Below the pieces are notes generated by a model. It worked only from the letters and a program-made list of their open reading frames with translations. It searched no databases and was not told the origin of the DNA. From the NCBI RefSeq assembly GCF_009914755.1, contig NC_060931.1: 64,000 nt of DNA; one strand, 5' to 3'. The position numbers were made by a program, and so were the translations under genes. This document shows, piece after piece, positions 12,301 to 34,078 of the stretch. The stretch's first letter is position 1, and the number at the start of each line of letters is the position of its first letter. The DNA comes from the human T2T-CHM13v2.0 reference genome, Homo sapiens.

Positions 12301-15300
12301 ATCACAAGTGGGGTGTACACCTTCTGTGATATGGGAAGTAATATCATCCTCTCTTTCCTGGATATTACGAACAATATCACAGGGGGGTGAACACTCCCTG
12401 CGGTATTGGGAATAATATCATCCTCTTTCCCACTGGATGCTAAGAACAGTATCACAGGGAGGTGTACAACCCCTGAGATATTAAGAGTAATATCATCCTC
12501 TTTTCTCCTGGATATTGAAAAAAATATCACACTGGGGTGTACAACCTTGCTATATTGAGATTAATATTGTCATCTCCCGCCCTGGATATTAGGAACAATA
12601 TCACAAGGAGGGTTCACACCCCCTGCGATATTGGGAGTGATATCATCCTCTTCCCTACTGGATAGTAGGAACAATATCACGGGGGAGTGTACCGTCTTTT
12701 CGATATTGGAAGTCATATCATTCTCTTTCCCTCTGGACATTAGGAACAATATCACAGGGAAGGTATACTCCACCTGTGATATTGACAGTAATATTATTGT
12801 CTTCCCCATTGGATATTAGGAACAGTACCACAAGGGGTGTGTACACCTCCTGCGATATTGGGAATAATACAATTTTCTTCTCCTTTGATATTAGAAGCAA
12901 TATCACAGGGGGTGTGTACACGCTTTGCCATATTGGGAGTAATATCATCCTATCCCCACTAAATATTAGGAACAATATCACAAAGGGGGTATACACTCCC
13001 TGCGATATTGGGAGTAATATAATCCTCTTCCCCCTGGATATTAGGAAAAATACCACAGGGTGTGTGTACTCCCCCAGTAATATCAACCTCTCCCCCACTG
13101 GATAATAGGAACAATATTACAGAGGGGGGGTACACCCCCTGAGATATTGAAAGTAATATTATCCTCTCTTCCCTTGGATATTAGGAACAATATCACAGAA
13201 GGGGTTTACACCTCCTTTGATATTGGGATTAATATTCTCTCTTCCACTGGATATTAGGAAAAATATCACACGGGTGGTGTACACCTGCTATGATATTGAC
13301 AGTAATATAATCATCTCCCCTTTTGGATATATTAATATAAAAAGGGGAATGTACACCCCCTGCGATATAGTGATATCATCCTCTCCCCTGTGGATATTAG
13401 AAACAATATCGCAGGGGGATGTACACACCCTGTGATATTGGAAATAATATCTTCCTATTCTTTTCTGGATATTAGGAAAAATATCACCGGGGGGTATACA
13501 CCCCCTGCCCTATTTGGAGTAATATTGTCATCACCCACTTTGGATATTAGGAAGACTATTACAAGGAGGGTATACATCCCCTGCGATATTGAAAATAATA
13601 TCATCCTCTCTCCCTCTGGATATTAGAAACAATATCACAGGGGTGGTGTACAACCCCTGCGACATTGGAAGTAACATCATCCACTTTCCCCATGGATATT
13701 AGGAACTATATTACAGGGTGGGTGTACACCTTCTCTGATATTGGGAGTAATATCATCCTCTCCCCCCCTTGATATTAGGAACAATATCTCACGGGGGTGT
13801 ACACCCCCTATGCTATTGGGCGTAATATTGTCTCCCCTTCTGGATATTAAAAACAATGTCACAGCAGGGTGTACACCCCCTGCGATATTGACAGTAATAT
13901 CTTCTACCCCCTTGGATATTAGGAACAATATCAAACCGGGGGTGTACACCCCCTGCGATATTGGGGGTACTATCATCCTCTTCCCACCTGGATATTATGA
14001 TCAATATCACAGGGAGGACGTACACCCCCTGTGATATTTGGAGTAATATTATTCTCTCTCCAGCTGTATGTTAGAAACAATATCACAGAGGAGGTTTACA
14101 CCCCCTTCGATATTGGGTGTAATATCATCCTCTCCCCACCCTGGATATTAGAAACAATATCACAGGGGGTTGTACACCGACTGTGATATTGGGAGTAATA
14201 TCATCCTCTCCCCTCCCGGATATTAGGAACTATATTACAGGGTTGTGTACACCCCCTGCGACATTGAAAGTAGTATCATCCTCTCCACTTCTGGATATTA
14301 AGAACAACATCACAGGGGGGTGTACACTCCCTGTGGTATTGGGATTAATATCATCCTCTTCCTCCGTGGATATTAGAAACAATATCACAAAGGGTTATTC
14401 CCCCAACCTGCGATATTGGTAGTAATATCTTCTCCCCTCATGAATATTAGGAATAATATCACAGGGGGTGTGTACATCCCTTATGATATTCGGAGTAATA
14501 TTATTATCTCCCCCTGCATATATTAGGAACAATATCACAAAGGGGGTGTAAACCCCTTGCAATATTGAGGATAATGTCATACTCCCTCTCTTGGATATTA
14601 GGAGCAGTATCACACGGGGGGTGTACACCCCCTGCGATATTGGGAGTAATATCATCCTCTCCCCCCCTACATATAAGGAACAATATCACAGGGAGGATGT
14701 ACACCCCCTTCGATATTGGGATTAATATCATCCTCTGTTCCACTGGATATTAGGAACAATATCACACGAGGGGTGTACACCCCCTGAGATATTGACATTA
14801 TATCGTCTCCCCCTGAATATTGTTAACAATATCACAAGGGGGATGTACACCTCTTGCTTTACAGGGAGTAATATCCTCCTCTCCACCCACGATATTAGGA
14901 GCAATATCATGGGGGGGGGTGTTGTACATTTCCTGCGGTATTAGGAGTAATATTCTCTCCTCCCCTGGATATGAAGAACAATATCACAGGGGGGTGTACA
15001 CCCCCTGCCATATTTGGAGTAATATCATCTTCTCTGTTCCTGGATATTAGGAACAATATCACAGCATGGGGAGTATACCCCATGCGATATTGGGAGTAAT
15101 ATTGTCGTCTCCTCTCCATTACATTAGGAGCAATATCACAAGGAGGGAATACACCCCCTGCAATAATGGGAGTAATAATATCCTCCACCCCCCCTGGATA
15201 TTAGGAACAATATCACAGGGGGGATGTACATCCCCTGCGATATTGGGAGTAATATCATCTTCTGCCCCTCTCGATATTAGAAACAAAATCATGGGGAGGG

Positions 15301-18300
15301 GGTGTACACCACCTATGATATTGGGAATAATATTATCCTCTCCCCCTGGATGTTAGGAACAATATCACAGAGGGGTGTACATCCCCTGCAATATTAAGAG
15401 TAATATCATCCTCTCTTCCACTGGATATTAGTAACAATATGACAGTGGGGTGCAATATTGAGAGTAATATCATCCTCTCTCCCACTGGCTATTAGGAACA
15501 ATATCGCAGGCGGGGTGTACAGTCCCTGCAATATTGGCAGTAATGTCATACTCTTTCCCCTAATATCAGCCTCTATTTCACTGGATATTAGGAACAATAT
15601 CACAGGGCGGTGTACAACCCCTGTGATATTGGAAGCAATATCATCATCTCCCCGTCTGGATATTAGGAAGAATATCACAGTGGGGGTGTATACCTCCTGC
15701 AATATTGGGAGTAATATCATCCTCTGCCCCCCTAGATACTAGGAAAAATATCACAGCGGGGGTGTACATCCCCCTGTGATATTTGGAGTAATATCATCCT
15801 CTCCAAATTTGAATATAAGGAACAATATCACAGTGGGGTGTACACACTGTGAGTTGTTGGAAGTAATGTCATTCTCTCCTCCTGTGGATATTAGGAACAA
15901 TATCACATGGGGGTTGTATACTCCCTGCGATATTGTGAGTAATATCATCCTGTCCCCTCTTGATATTAAAAACAATATCACAGGGGGGTTGTACACATCC
16001 TGTGATATTGGGAGTAATATCTTCTCCCTCCCTGGATATTAGGAAGAATATTACCTCCCCTTTTGGATATTATGAATACTATCAGAGAGAGTGTACAGCA
16101 CCTGCAATGTGAGGAGTAATATCACATCCTTCCTTGGATATTATGAATAATATAGCAGGGGATGCACACCCCCTGCGATGTGAAAAGTAATATCACCTCC
16201 CCCCTTGGATATTATGAATAATATCACAGAGGGTGAACAGCTTCTGCTATGTGAGGAGTAATATCACCTCCTTTGGATATTACGAATAATATCACATAGG
16301 TTGTACACCCCCTGCGATGTAAGGAGTAATGTCACCTTCCCCTTTTGATATTATAAATACTATCACAGAGGGTGTACACCCCCTGTGATGTAAGGAGTGA
16401 TATCACCTCTCCCTTGGACATTACTCCTAATGTCACAGAAGGTGTACAGAGCCTGCATTGTGAGCAGTAATATGACTTCCGCCCTTTGATATTACAAATA
16501 TTATTGCAGAGGGTGTACAATCCCTGCATAGTGAGGAGTAATATCACCTCCCCTTTTGGATATTACTAATATTATAACAGAGTGTGTACAGCCCCTGCGA
16601 TGTGAGCAGCAATATCACCTCCCCCCTTGTATATTATGAATATTATCACAGAGGGTGTAGAGCCCCTTTGATGTGAGGAGTAATCCCCAGTCGGATATTA
16701 AGTATATGATCACAGAGGCTGTACAGCCCCTGTGATGTGAGGAGTAATATTACCTTTCCCCTTGGATATTACGAATATAATCACAGAGGGTGTACACACA
16801 GACTGTTTAAATATTGCAAGTAATATCTCTCCCCTTGGATATTACGAATATAATCACAGAGGGTGTACAGCCCCTGTGATATGAGGAGTAATATCACCTC
16901 CTCCCTTGGATATTACAAATATTATCACAGGGGATGTATACACAGGGTGTTTACAATATTACAAGTAATGTCATCTCTCCCCTTGGATATTACGAATAAT
17001 ATCACAGAGGGTGTACACACAGGATGTTTACAATATTAGGAGTAATATCTCTCCCCTTAAATATTACTAATAGTATCACAGAGGGTTTACACTTCCAGTG
17101 ATATTAGGAGTAATATCATCTCCTCCATGGGAGATTATGAATAATATTTGGAGAGTGTACACCCACTGTGATATTACAGGTAATATCATCTCCTCTTTTG
17201 GATATTATGAATAATATCACAGAAGGTGTACACCCACTGCTATATTACAGGTAATATCTCCTCCCTTTAATATTATGAATAATATCACAAAGGGTGTACA
17301 CCCACTGTTACATTAGGAGTAATATCTCCTCCCTTGGATATTACAAATAATATCAGAGAGCTGTACATCTACTGAGATTTTAGAGGTAATATCATCTCCT
17401 CCCTCCGATATTACAAATAATATTACAGAGGATGTTCACCCATTGTGATATTGGTAGTAATATCATCTTTTTTCTTTTATATTATGAATAATATCACAGA
17501 GGGTGTACACCCACTGCATTATTAAAGGTAATATTATCTCCTCCTTTGGATATTATGAATAATATCACAGAGGGTGTACCCCCACTGCGATATTAAGAGT
17601 AATATCTCTCTTAGATATTACAAATAATTGAATAATATCACAGAGTGTACATCCACTGTGATATTAATAGAACTAGTTCCCTAGGATATTACAAATAATA
17701 TCACAAGGTGTACACCCACCGTGATATTAGAAGTAATATCTCTTTTAGATATTATGAATAATATCACAAGGTGTACACCCACTGTGATATTATGAGTAAC
17801 ATCTCCTTTAGATTTTATGAATAATATCACAGGGTGTACACCCACTGTGATATGAGGTGTAATATCTCCCTTACATATTACGAATAATATCACAGGGTGT
17901 ACATCCACTGTGATATTAGGAGAAATATCTCCCTTAGGTATTATGAGTAATATCACAGCCTGTACACCCACTGTGATATTAAAGGTAATATCTCCTTTAG
18001 ATATTATGAATAATATAACAGGATGTACACCCACTGTGATATTAGGAGTAATATCTTCCTTAGATTTCACAAATAATATTACAGGGTTTACACACAGTGT
18101 ACACCCACTGTGATATTACGAGTAAGGTCTCCCTTAGATATTACGAATAATATCACTGGGTTTACACACAGGATATACAGCCACTGTGATATTAGAGGTA
18201 ATATATTCCTTAGATATTACAAAGAATAACTGTGATATTATGAGTAATAGCTCCGTTAGATATTACAAATAATATCACAGGTTGTACACAAAGGGAGTAC

Positions 18301-20529
18301 ATCTACTGTGATATTAGGAGTAATATCTCCCTTAGATATTACAAGTAATATCACTGGGTTTACACACAGGGTATATACCCCCTGAGATATTAGGTGTACT
18401 GTCTTCTTTAGATCTTATAAATAATATCACAGGATGTACACTCACTTTGATATATGGAGTAATATCTTTTTTAGATATTACAAATATATCTTTCTTAGGT
18501 ATTATGAATAATATCACTGGGTGTACACCCAGGTTGTACAACCAGTGTGATATTAGGAGTAATGTCTCCCTTAGATATTACAAATAATATCACCAGGTGT
18601 TGACCCACTGTGATATTAGGAGTAATATCTTTTATTATGAATAACATCACAGGGTGTATGCCCACGGTGATATTAGGAGTAACATCTTCCAGATATTATG
18701 AATAATATCACAGGGTGTACACACAGCGTCTTCACCCACTGTGATATTATAAGTAATATCTTTTACGTATTATAAATAATATCACAGGGTGGACACCCAT
18801 GGTGATATTAGTAGTAATTTCTTTTAGATATTATGAATAATATCACAGGGTGTACACACAACGCCTACACCTATGGTGATATTACAATATCTTTTATGTA
18901 TTGTGAATAACATCACAGAGTAGACACCCACGATGATTTTAGGAGTAATATCTTTTAGATATTATAAATAACACCACTAAGTGAACACCCATGGTCACAT
19001 TAGTAGTAATATCTTTCAGATAGTATGAATAATATCACAGTGTGTACACCAGCGCTTATATTAGGAGTAATATCTTTTAGGTATTATGAATAATATCACA
19101 GGTTGCACACCAAGGGTAATATTAGCAGGAATATCTTTTAGATATAATGAATAATATCACATGGTGTACCCACATGGTGCACATCCACGGTGATATTATG
19201 AGTAACATCTCTTAGATATTGTGAATTAGATTACAGGGTGTACACCCTCGGTGATATTAGGAGTAATATATTTTAGATATTATGAATAATATCACAGGGT
19301 GTAAACACAGGGTGTACATCCACAGTGTTATTAGGAGTAATATCTTTCAGATATTATGAATAACGTCATCACAGGGTGTACACACACTGTGATATTAGGA
19401 GTAATGTCTTTGAGATATTATGAATAATATCATCATAGGGTATACACCCACAATGATATTAGGAGTATTATCTTTTACATATTATGAATAATATCACAGG
19501 GTGTACACACAGGATGTACTTTCATGGTGATATTAGGAGTAATATATTTTAGATATTATGAATAATATCACAGGGTGTACACCCACGGTGATATTAGGAG
19601 TAATATCTTTAGATATTATGAATAATAACACAGGGTGTACACCCACGGTAATATCAGGAGTAATACATTTTAGATGTTATAATGTCACAAGGTGTGCACA
19701 CATAGTGTACACCCACGGTGATATTAGAAGCAATATCTTTTAGATATTATGAGTAATGTCACATTTTGTACACACAATGTCTACACCCCCGGTAGTATTA
19801 GGAGTAATATCTTTTAGATATTGTGACTAATACCACAGGGTGTATATCCATGGTTTTGTTAGGAGGAATACCTTTTAGATATTGTCAATAGTATCACAGG
19901 GTGTACACTCACGGTGATATTAGGAGTAATGTCTTTTAGATATTGTAAATAATATCACAGGGTGTACACCCACGGTGATATTAGGAGTAATATCTTTTAG
20001 ATATTGTGAATAATATCACAGAGTGTACATCCACGTTTTTATTAGGAGGAATATCTTTTAGATATCTTCAATAGTATCACAGGGTGTACATCCACGTTGA
20101 TATTAGAAGTAATATCTTTTAGATATTATAAATAACACCATAGGGTGTACACCCATGGTGATATTAGGAGTAGTATCTTTTAGATATTATAAATAACACC
20201 ATAGGGTGTACATCCATGGTGATATTAGGAGTAATATCTTTTAGATATTATGAATAATATCACAGGGTGTACGCCCACGGTGATATTAGGAGTAATATCT
20301 TTTAGATTTTGTGAATAATATCACAGGGTGTACATCCACGGTTTTATTAGGAGGAATATCTTTTGGATATTGTCAACAGTATCACAGGGTGTACACCCAT
20401 GGTGATATTAGGAGTAATATCTTTTAGATATTGTGAATAATATCATCACATGGTGTACACCCACTGTGATATTAGGAGTAATGTCTTTTAGATATTATGA
20501 ATAATATCATCACAGTATATACACCCACT

Positions 20530-20530
<1 letters not shown>
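9385..20530 (+). repeat. SATR1/SATR2-like satellite; unit 74 bp shrinking to ~61 bp
   Basis: Left consensus GATATT AGGAAC AATATC ACAGGGGGGTGTACACCCCCTGC GATATT GGGAGT AATATC ATCCTCTCCCCCCTG (74 bp). At 20101-20400 the unit shifts one base per 60-nt line, giving 61 bp. The family name is from recall of Repbase SATR consensus. Confidence 0.85.
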
Positions 20531-25249
<4,719 letters not shown>

Positions 25250-25255
<6 letters not shown>

Positions 25256-25360
25256 CCATTTTACAGATTAGAAGCCCAGGACCCAGGAAGGAGACACAGG
25301 AAATTTATTCAAAGTCCCCACGCTGGTAATGGCAGAGCTAGGATTTGAATTCAGATCCCT
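25250..25360 (-). mobile_element. MIR fragment
   Basis: attcccattttacagat...ggtaatggcagagctaggatttgaattcag matches MIR core. Confidence 0.7.
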
Positions 25361-25369
25361 CCCGCTCTC

Positions 25370-26606
<1,237 letters not shown>

Positions 26607-26632
26607 ATGGGTCCTTTAAAAAATAATAATTT

Positions 26633-26900
26633 GGCCAGACGTGGGGCCTCATGCCTGTAATTTCAGCACTTTGGGAGGTAAAGGTGGGAGGATCACTTGA
26701 GCCCAGGGGTTGCCTGGGCAACATAGCAAGACCCCATCTCAAAAAAAAAATTAGCCAGGTGTAATGGCATACACCTGTAGTCCCAGCTACTCGGGAGGCT
26801 GAGGCAGGAGGATCGCTTGTGCCCAGGAGGCATGAATGCACCACTGCACTCCAGCCTGGGTGACACAAGACCCTGTCTCAAAAAAGAACAACAACAAAAA
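26633..26900 (+). mobile_element. Alu (J-like), head-to-head with the preceding AluY
   Basis: Dimer with internal deletions. Confidence 0.9.
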
Positions 26901-27535
26901 TTTGAATAAAAACCAAACCAGTGACAGTAGATAAGTTGCTTTGTTTTTAATGCTCTTGGCAAAATAAAAAGTTGGCAGTCGTATATTCCCCCATTCTCTC
27001 TCTCTTTCTCACACATGCACATGCCTATAAGAAAGCATTCTCTGGATCCACAGAATTCCAGATTTGGGAATCACTGAATTGAACTGCCGGCCATTGGTGG
27101 CTGGTGAGACTGTCCTGGCAGTGATGCAGTATTCTGGTCCCTGTGCCAGCACTGATGGGCTGTGGAATCCTCCACCAGTCATTCCCTCTCTCCAGCTCTC
27201 CATCTCTGCTTCTGTACAAAAGGATCTACCAATCCCCTCTTATATTCAAATATCTATGACCTTTCAGTCTGGCCTATATCCGTGCGGATCTGAAGTTGTG
27301 TATCCGAAGATGTAACCTTGTCCAGTGCTGGCACTAAGGGCTGCTTCAGGGAGGGACCTGGACTGGTGCCCAGGGAAAGGAGGACAAGGTCCTCATCACT
27401 GGAGAGTGGAGGGGGCAGTGGGAATGGGACAGATAAGGGGTAGTGCCCTGGGGTATACCTGGCCCCAAAGTAACCCCGGGCTGTGAAGACAAAAGCACTG
27501 CATCACATGATGTGTTTCTGTGTCTCTCTCCCTAG

Positions 27536-27616
27536 CAGTTCCAAGAGCCTCTGAGTTCCTGCCTTTTTTCATCTCTGAATCCCCACCATTGGCCTACATT
27601 GGGAGTGGGGCGACCT
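27536..27616 (+). other. TMEM225B: Candidate TMEM225B 5'UTR exon
   Basis: Polypyrimidine tract plus tandem tag/cag acceptor; donor cct|gtaagt at 27617; no ATG inside. Confidence 0.5.
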
Positions 27617-27761
27617 GTAAGTGCACAGTGAATTTTTGCTGAGGGAGTGGCTGGGAGGGCTGCGTGGAGTGGACAGCACCAAGCTGCACTTTTCAGGGGA
27701 GTGGGGTTTGGAAAATCTGGGGAGCAGAACAGGCACCCCCGCCCCCAGGAAGGAACCCAGG

Positions 27762-28116
27762 TGTATTAGTCTGTTCTCATGCTGCTAATAAAGACATACC
27801 CAAGACTGGGTAACTTATAAAGGAAATAGGTTTAATTGACTCGCACCACATGGCTGCAGAGGCCTCACAATCATGGCTGAAGGCGAATGAAGAGCAGAGT
27901 CACATCTTTCATGGTGGCTGGCAGGAGAGAGCTTGAGCAGGGGAACTTCCACTTATAAAACCATCAGATCTTGTGAGACTTATTCACTACCACGAGAACC
28001 GTATGGGGGAAACTGCCCCCGTGATTCAATTATCTCCACCTGGCCCTGCTCTTGACACATGGGGATTATTACAATGCAAGGTGAGATTTGGGTGGGGACA
28101 CAGCCAAACCAAATCA
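27762..28116 (-). mobile_element. THE1 (MaLR) solo LTR, THE1C-like
   Basis: tgtattagtc...gggtggggacacagccaaaccaaatca; 5-bp TSD ccagg at 27757-27761 and 28117-28121. Confidence 0.9.
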
Positions 28117-28641
28117 CCAGGTACAGAGGCCAGAGGAGCCTGGGGATGACGGTGATGTTCCAGGTGTGGAGGGAGACGTGGCAGGCGTGGGGACAGGAAG
28201 GTTGGAAGGTTGGGGAACTTTATGAAGGGAAAACTGAGAAGATGAGGAAGGCTGATGAGATGGAAGTGGGGTTGGGGAGAGGGAAGAACCAGCATGAGCT
28301 CAAGGCTAGGGTTTGGGTGAAGGAGAGAAAAAAAGGTAGAAAATAAAGGAGACAGAGATCACTTCTAGTCACATACAGGTGGAGATGGGGTAGACAGGAA
28401 GAGGTGCCCCCTATCAAATGAGAATGCCCAGTGTACTCCCATCTATACAGAGGACAGGATCAAGATGCAGCCATGACTCCTTCCCATTGAGTTCTAATAC
28501 TAGAAGGATGCCTCAATGCCCTCTGGTCCAACAGACTTCATCATTTTAGATAGAAGGAAGTGGAAGCCCTGAGGTTGGGGTGACTTGTATGACCTGGAGA
28601 GTGGATGGGAGATGGAAAGGGGACATTTAAAGAGAGGGAAG

Positions 28642-28905
28642 GGCTGGGTGTGGTGGTTCAAGCCTGTAATCCCAACTCTTTGGGAGGCCAAGGCAGGAAG
28701 ATCACTTAAGCTCAGGAGTTTAAGACACCCTGGGCAACATAGTTAGACCCCTGTCTCTACAAAAAATTAAAAAATTAGCTGGGCGTGGTGGCACGCACCT
28801 GTAGTCCCAGCTACTCAGGAGGCTGAGGTGGGAGGATCACTTGTGCCCAGGAGGTTTAGCCTGGGTGACAGAGTGAGACCCTGTATCTAAAAACAAAATA
28901 TAATA
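28642..28905 (+). mobile_element. Alu (J-like)
   Basis: Dimer with right-arm deletion. Confidence 0.9.
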
Positions 28906-30046
28906 AGGAAAGAAGGGAATAATTCAATTTTTCAAGTGGGAAGAAGAGAAACTAGAGAATGTCAGAAAGGAAGAGAAAGTACAAACATTTTCAAGTCACT
29001 CTGACAGCATCGAAGATGAACATGTGTTTACCTGTTTATAACCAGGGTACTTGGGTGTGGGGGGTACAGGAAGGGAGCCACACCTCTGCCCTCTGCCATT
29101 AGGCTTGTTCAGCCATAGCCATTGGTAGCTCTCAGAGACGCCCCCTTCCCTGGCTGCAGCAAGTGTCTGCATGGGCAAAGACGCCCCCTTCCCTGGCTGC
29201 AGTGAGGGTCTGCATGGGGATTGGGTAGAGGCCCCAGTGTCTGCACTGGGCAAGGTTTGCACAGGGTGTGGGAGCAGGGGAGGAAAGCATGCTCACTTCG
29301 AGGGCCTTGTGCTCTCTACTGCCCAGGCACAGCTTGAAAACCGTGATGCTGCCAAGCCCAGCCTGGCACAGGCAAGGGTCCCCAGGTCTGGCTTTGGGTA
29401 GGACTTGGAAAGAAAGACTGTCATCTTGGGGTGCACCTCCCTTGTCACATCTTCCTTTCACCTGATGCCCCCTTTCTGCACTGCCAGGTAGCGAGGGTCA
29501 TCACAGTGCCACCTGGAGGCCTCTGGCCAGGCCCACCCTCCCTGCAGCTCCAATCACCGTCCCTGCTTCCTTCCTTCCCATTGCTGGATAACTCTCATTC
29601 CTCAGAGCTGCCAGGCTCAGCACAGACAGAGGGGAAAGCAGATTCGTTGAAACAATTTGTCCTGAAGTTGGGTGTGGCCTCCAGCCCCTTCTCCCACAGG
29701 GATATCTGAATTTTAGAAGTCTGCCCTCCATCCCTGCCCTCCCAACTTTAACCAAGCACCTGAGTGCTCAGCACTGTGTTGGACACTTTGGTATGCGTTA
29801 TTTCATTTGGTCCTCTCAGTGGCAGGTGTTGTATTCTTATCATTGGGCAGGTGTTATAATATATCCTTCCTTATCCTTAGGCAGGTGTTATATCCTTCCT
29901 TTTCCAGATGGGGAAAGCAAGGTCCTGAGACTCTGAGCAACTTCCCCAAGATCACACAGCTAGGAAGTGATGAAGCTGAGACAAGACCAGCCAGCACTTA
30001 CCCACCACGGTGTAACTACTCATTCAAAAGATGACATCTTTTGAAA

Positions 30047-30350
30047 ATTTTTATTCTTTCAGAGACAAGGTCTTGCTTTGTTGCCCAGGCTGGAGTACGG
30101 CGGCATGATCATAGCTCACTGCAGTCTCTAACTCCTGGGCTCAAGAGTTCCTCCTGCCTCATCCTCCCAAGTAGCTGGGAACTACAGACAGGCACATGCC
30201 CCCAGCCTGGCTAATTTTTAACAATTTCTTGTGGAGACTGGTCTGACTGTGTTGCCTAGGCTGGTCTCAAAACTCCTGAGTTCATGCGATCCTCCCACCA
30301 CAGCCTTCCAAAATGCTGGGATTATAGGCATGAGCCACCAGTGACTGGCC
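30047..30350 (-). mobile_element. Alu (J-like)
   Basis: Reverse dimer. Confidence 0.9.
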
Positions 30351-30741
30351 ACAAAAGGAGACATCTTAGTGACAGATGGTGATGAAAGAGAAGATGGGTT
30401 TGGGGGAGGAACTCCACGTGATAGGGATCCTTCACTGAGGGCCCAGGCTGCAGGAGGCTCTATGAAACACCAGAACTCTTTGTAAAACTTCCTGTTTGTA
30501 CATGACCTGCTCATTTCTCAGCAGGGGCTCCTCCTGTGCACATGGACCTCTCCCCACCTAAACCCACAGTTCCTGTGGTCAGAAGGCCAGTCACTGAATA
30601 AGGGCACCTAAGGCTCTGGTCTGAATATCTCCCCTTGGTTCTCAGTCTGAAATCCCAAAAGGAAGACAGTTGACTGCAAAATAGGCTGGAGTTGTCCTGA
30701 TGGCCAGTAGAGGTGGCTGTTGATAGAATTGAAAGCTTAGG

Positions 30742-31385
<644 letters not shown>

Positions 31386-31719
31386 GAAAGTTGAGAACTT
31401 TAAAGCTGAGGAGGCCTTGTGAATGGCCCAGTTCAACCTCCTCAGTTTACCAGAGGAAGAGGGCTCAGAGAGGGAACCTGACATGCCCAAGATCACCCAG
31501 TGATTTAGCGACAGAAAGCATTTTATGCATTTTTTTTTTGGTCTGCTGCAGAGGTGTATAGGCTGTAAAGTTAAGCAAAGAAATCATCATTTACTGAGTT
31601 TCACATATGCGCCACACACAGCACTGACATTTCCCCAGCCACTGTCTCCTTCCCTCTGTGCTGCAGGAGAATTTGGGTCGGTGTCCCACCTCCACGATCA
31701 CTTTTCTCTTACACAGGTG

Positions 31720-31927
31720 ATGCTGACGTTAGAGGACAAGGACATGAAGGGATTCTCCTGGGCCATAGTCCCAGCCTTAACCTCCCTAGGCTACCTGATT
31801 ATACTGGTGGTCTCCATCTTTCCCTTCTGGGTGCGACTGACAAACGAGGAGTCCCACGAAGTCTTTTTCAGTGGCCTATTTGAGAACTGCTTCAATGCCA
31901 AATGCTGGAAGCCTCGACCCTTATCCA
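31720..31927 (+). CDS. TMEM225B: TMEM225B coding exon 1 (MLTLEDKDMKGFSW...GLFENCFNAKCWKPRPLS)
   Basis: Acceptor acacag| at 31716, ATG 31720, donor a|gtaagg; TM1 plus claudin/PMP22-type W...GLF-xx-C...C motif. Confidence 0.9.
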
Positions 31928-32041
31928 GTAAGGAGGGATGGAGGCGGGGAGGAGAGAGAGGGAGATGGGGCCAGTGTTGGGACAGAGGTGGGGGGTGAAA
32001 GAACAGGGTGGGAGCAGAGAGGACAAAATCTAATTAGCTCA

Positions 32042-32378
<337 letters not shown>

Positions 32379-32573
32379 TAACCAGGCTTGGTTAACCCAA
32401 GGGTAGACTCTGGGATATCTGGGGCTTCAACAGCAACTTTGACTCCTTATCCCACTGCCAGCTGCCCACCTCTGCCAGCTCAGGAGGGTATGCAAACTCA
32501 TTTTCACATGGGTCTGCATCATGCCAGCAGTCAGAGAACAAATCACCCTGTTATCAGACTCTGGCTCTGCTAA

Positions 32574-33220
<647 letters not shown>

Positions 33221-33379
33221 ACTCCTATTAACTAGGAAAATTAAATAAAGATGTGGGGATTCCCTCAGCGTTCAGAACATTTTGACCTCACAAAGTTTTG
33301 ATTTTCCACAGGCGAATTACTTCAGGGTAACCAATACAGGTGTGATTCTTCACATTTGCATGTGCAACAAATTTTATCA

Positions 33380-33835
<456 letters not shown>

Positions 33836-34078
33836 TCAGTGTCTGACATTGTCAATTTAATTTTTTTTCCTATATTTCTATGCCATTGGGAATCAAATTG
33901 TGGGGCCAAAGCATTCTTGGGGCCAAAGTGGCATGGTCACAACCTTGGTCCCAAGGCCATGCTTTGGGATCTAAGGGTGGTGGAGGCTCCGGGGGCCAGC
34001 CCTGCCCAGGCTCTGAGGGACTCTGACCTTTCCGGGTCAGGGTTCCCAGCTTCAGCCCCACTTCTCCCTCCCCTGCAG

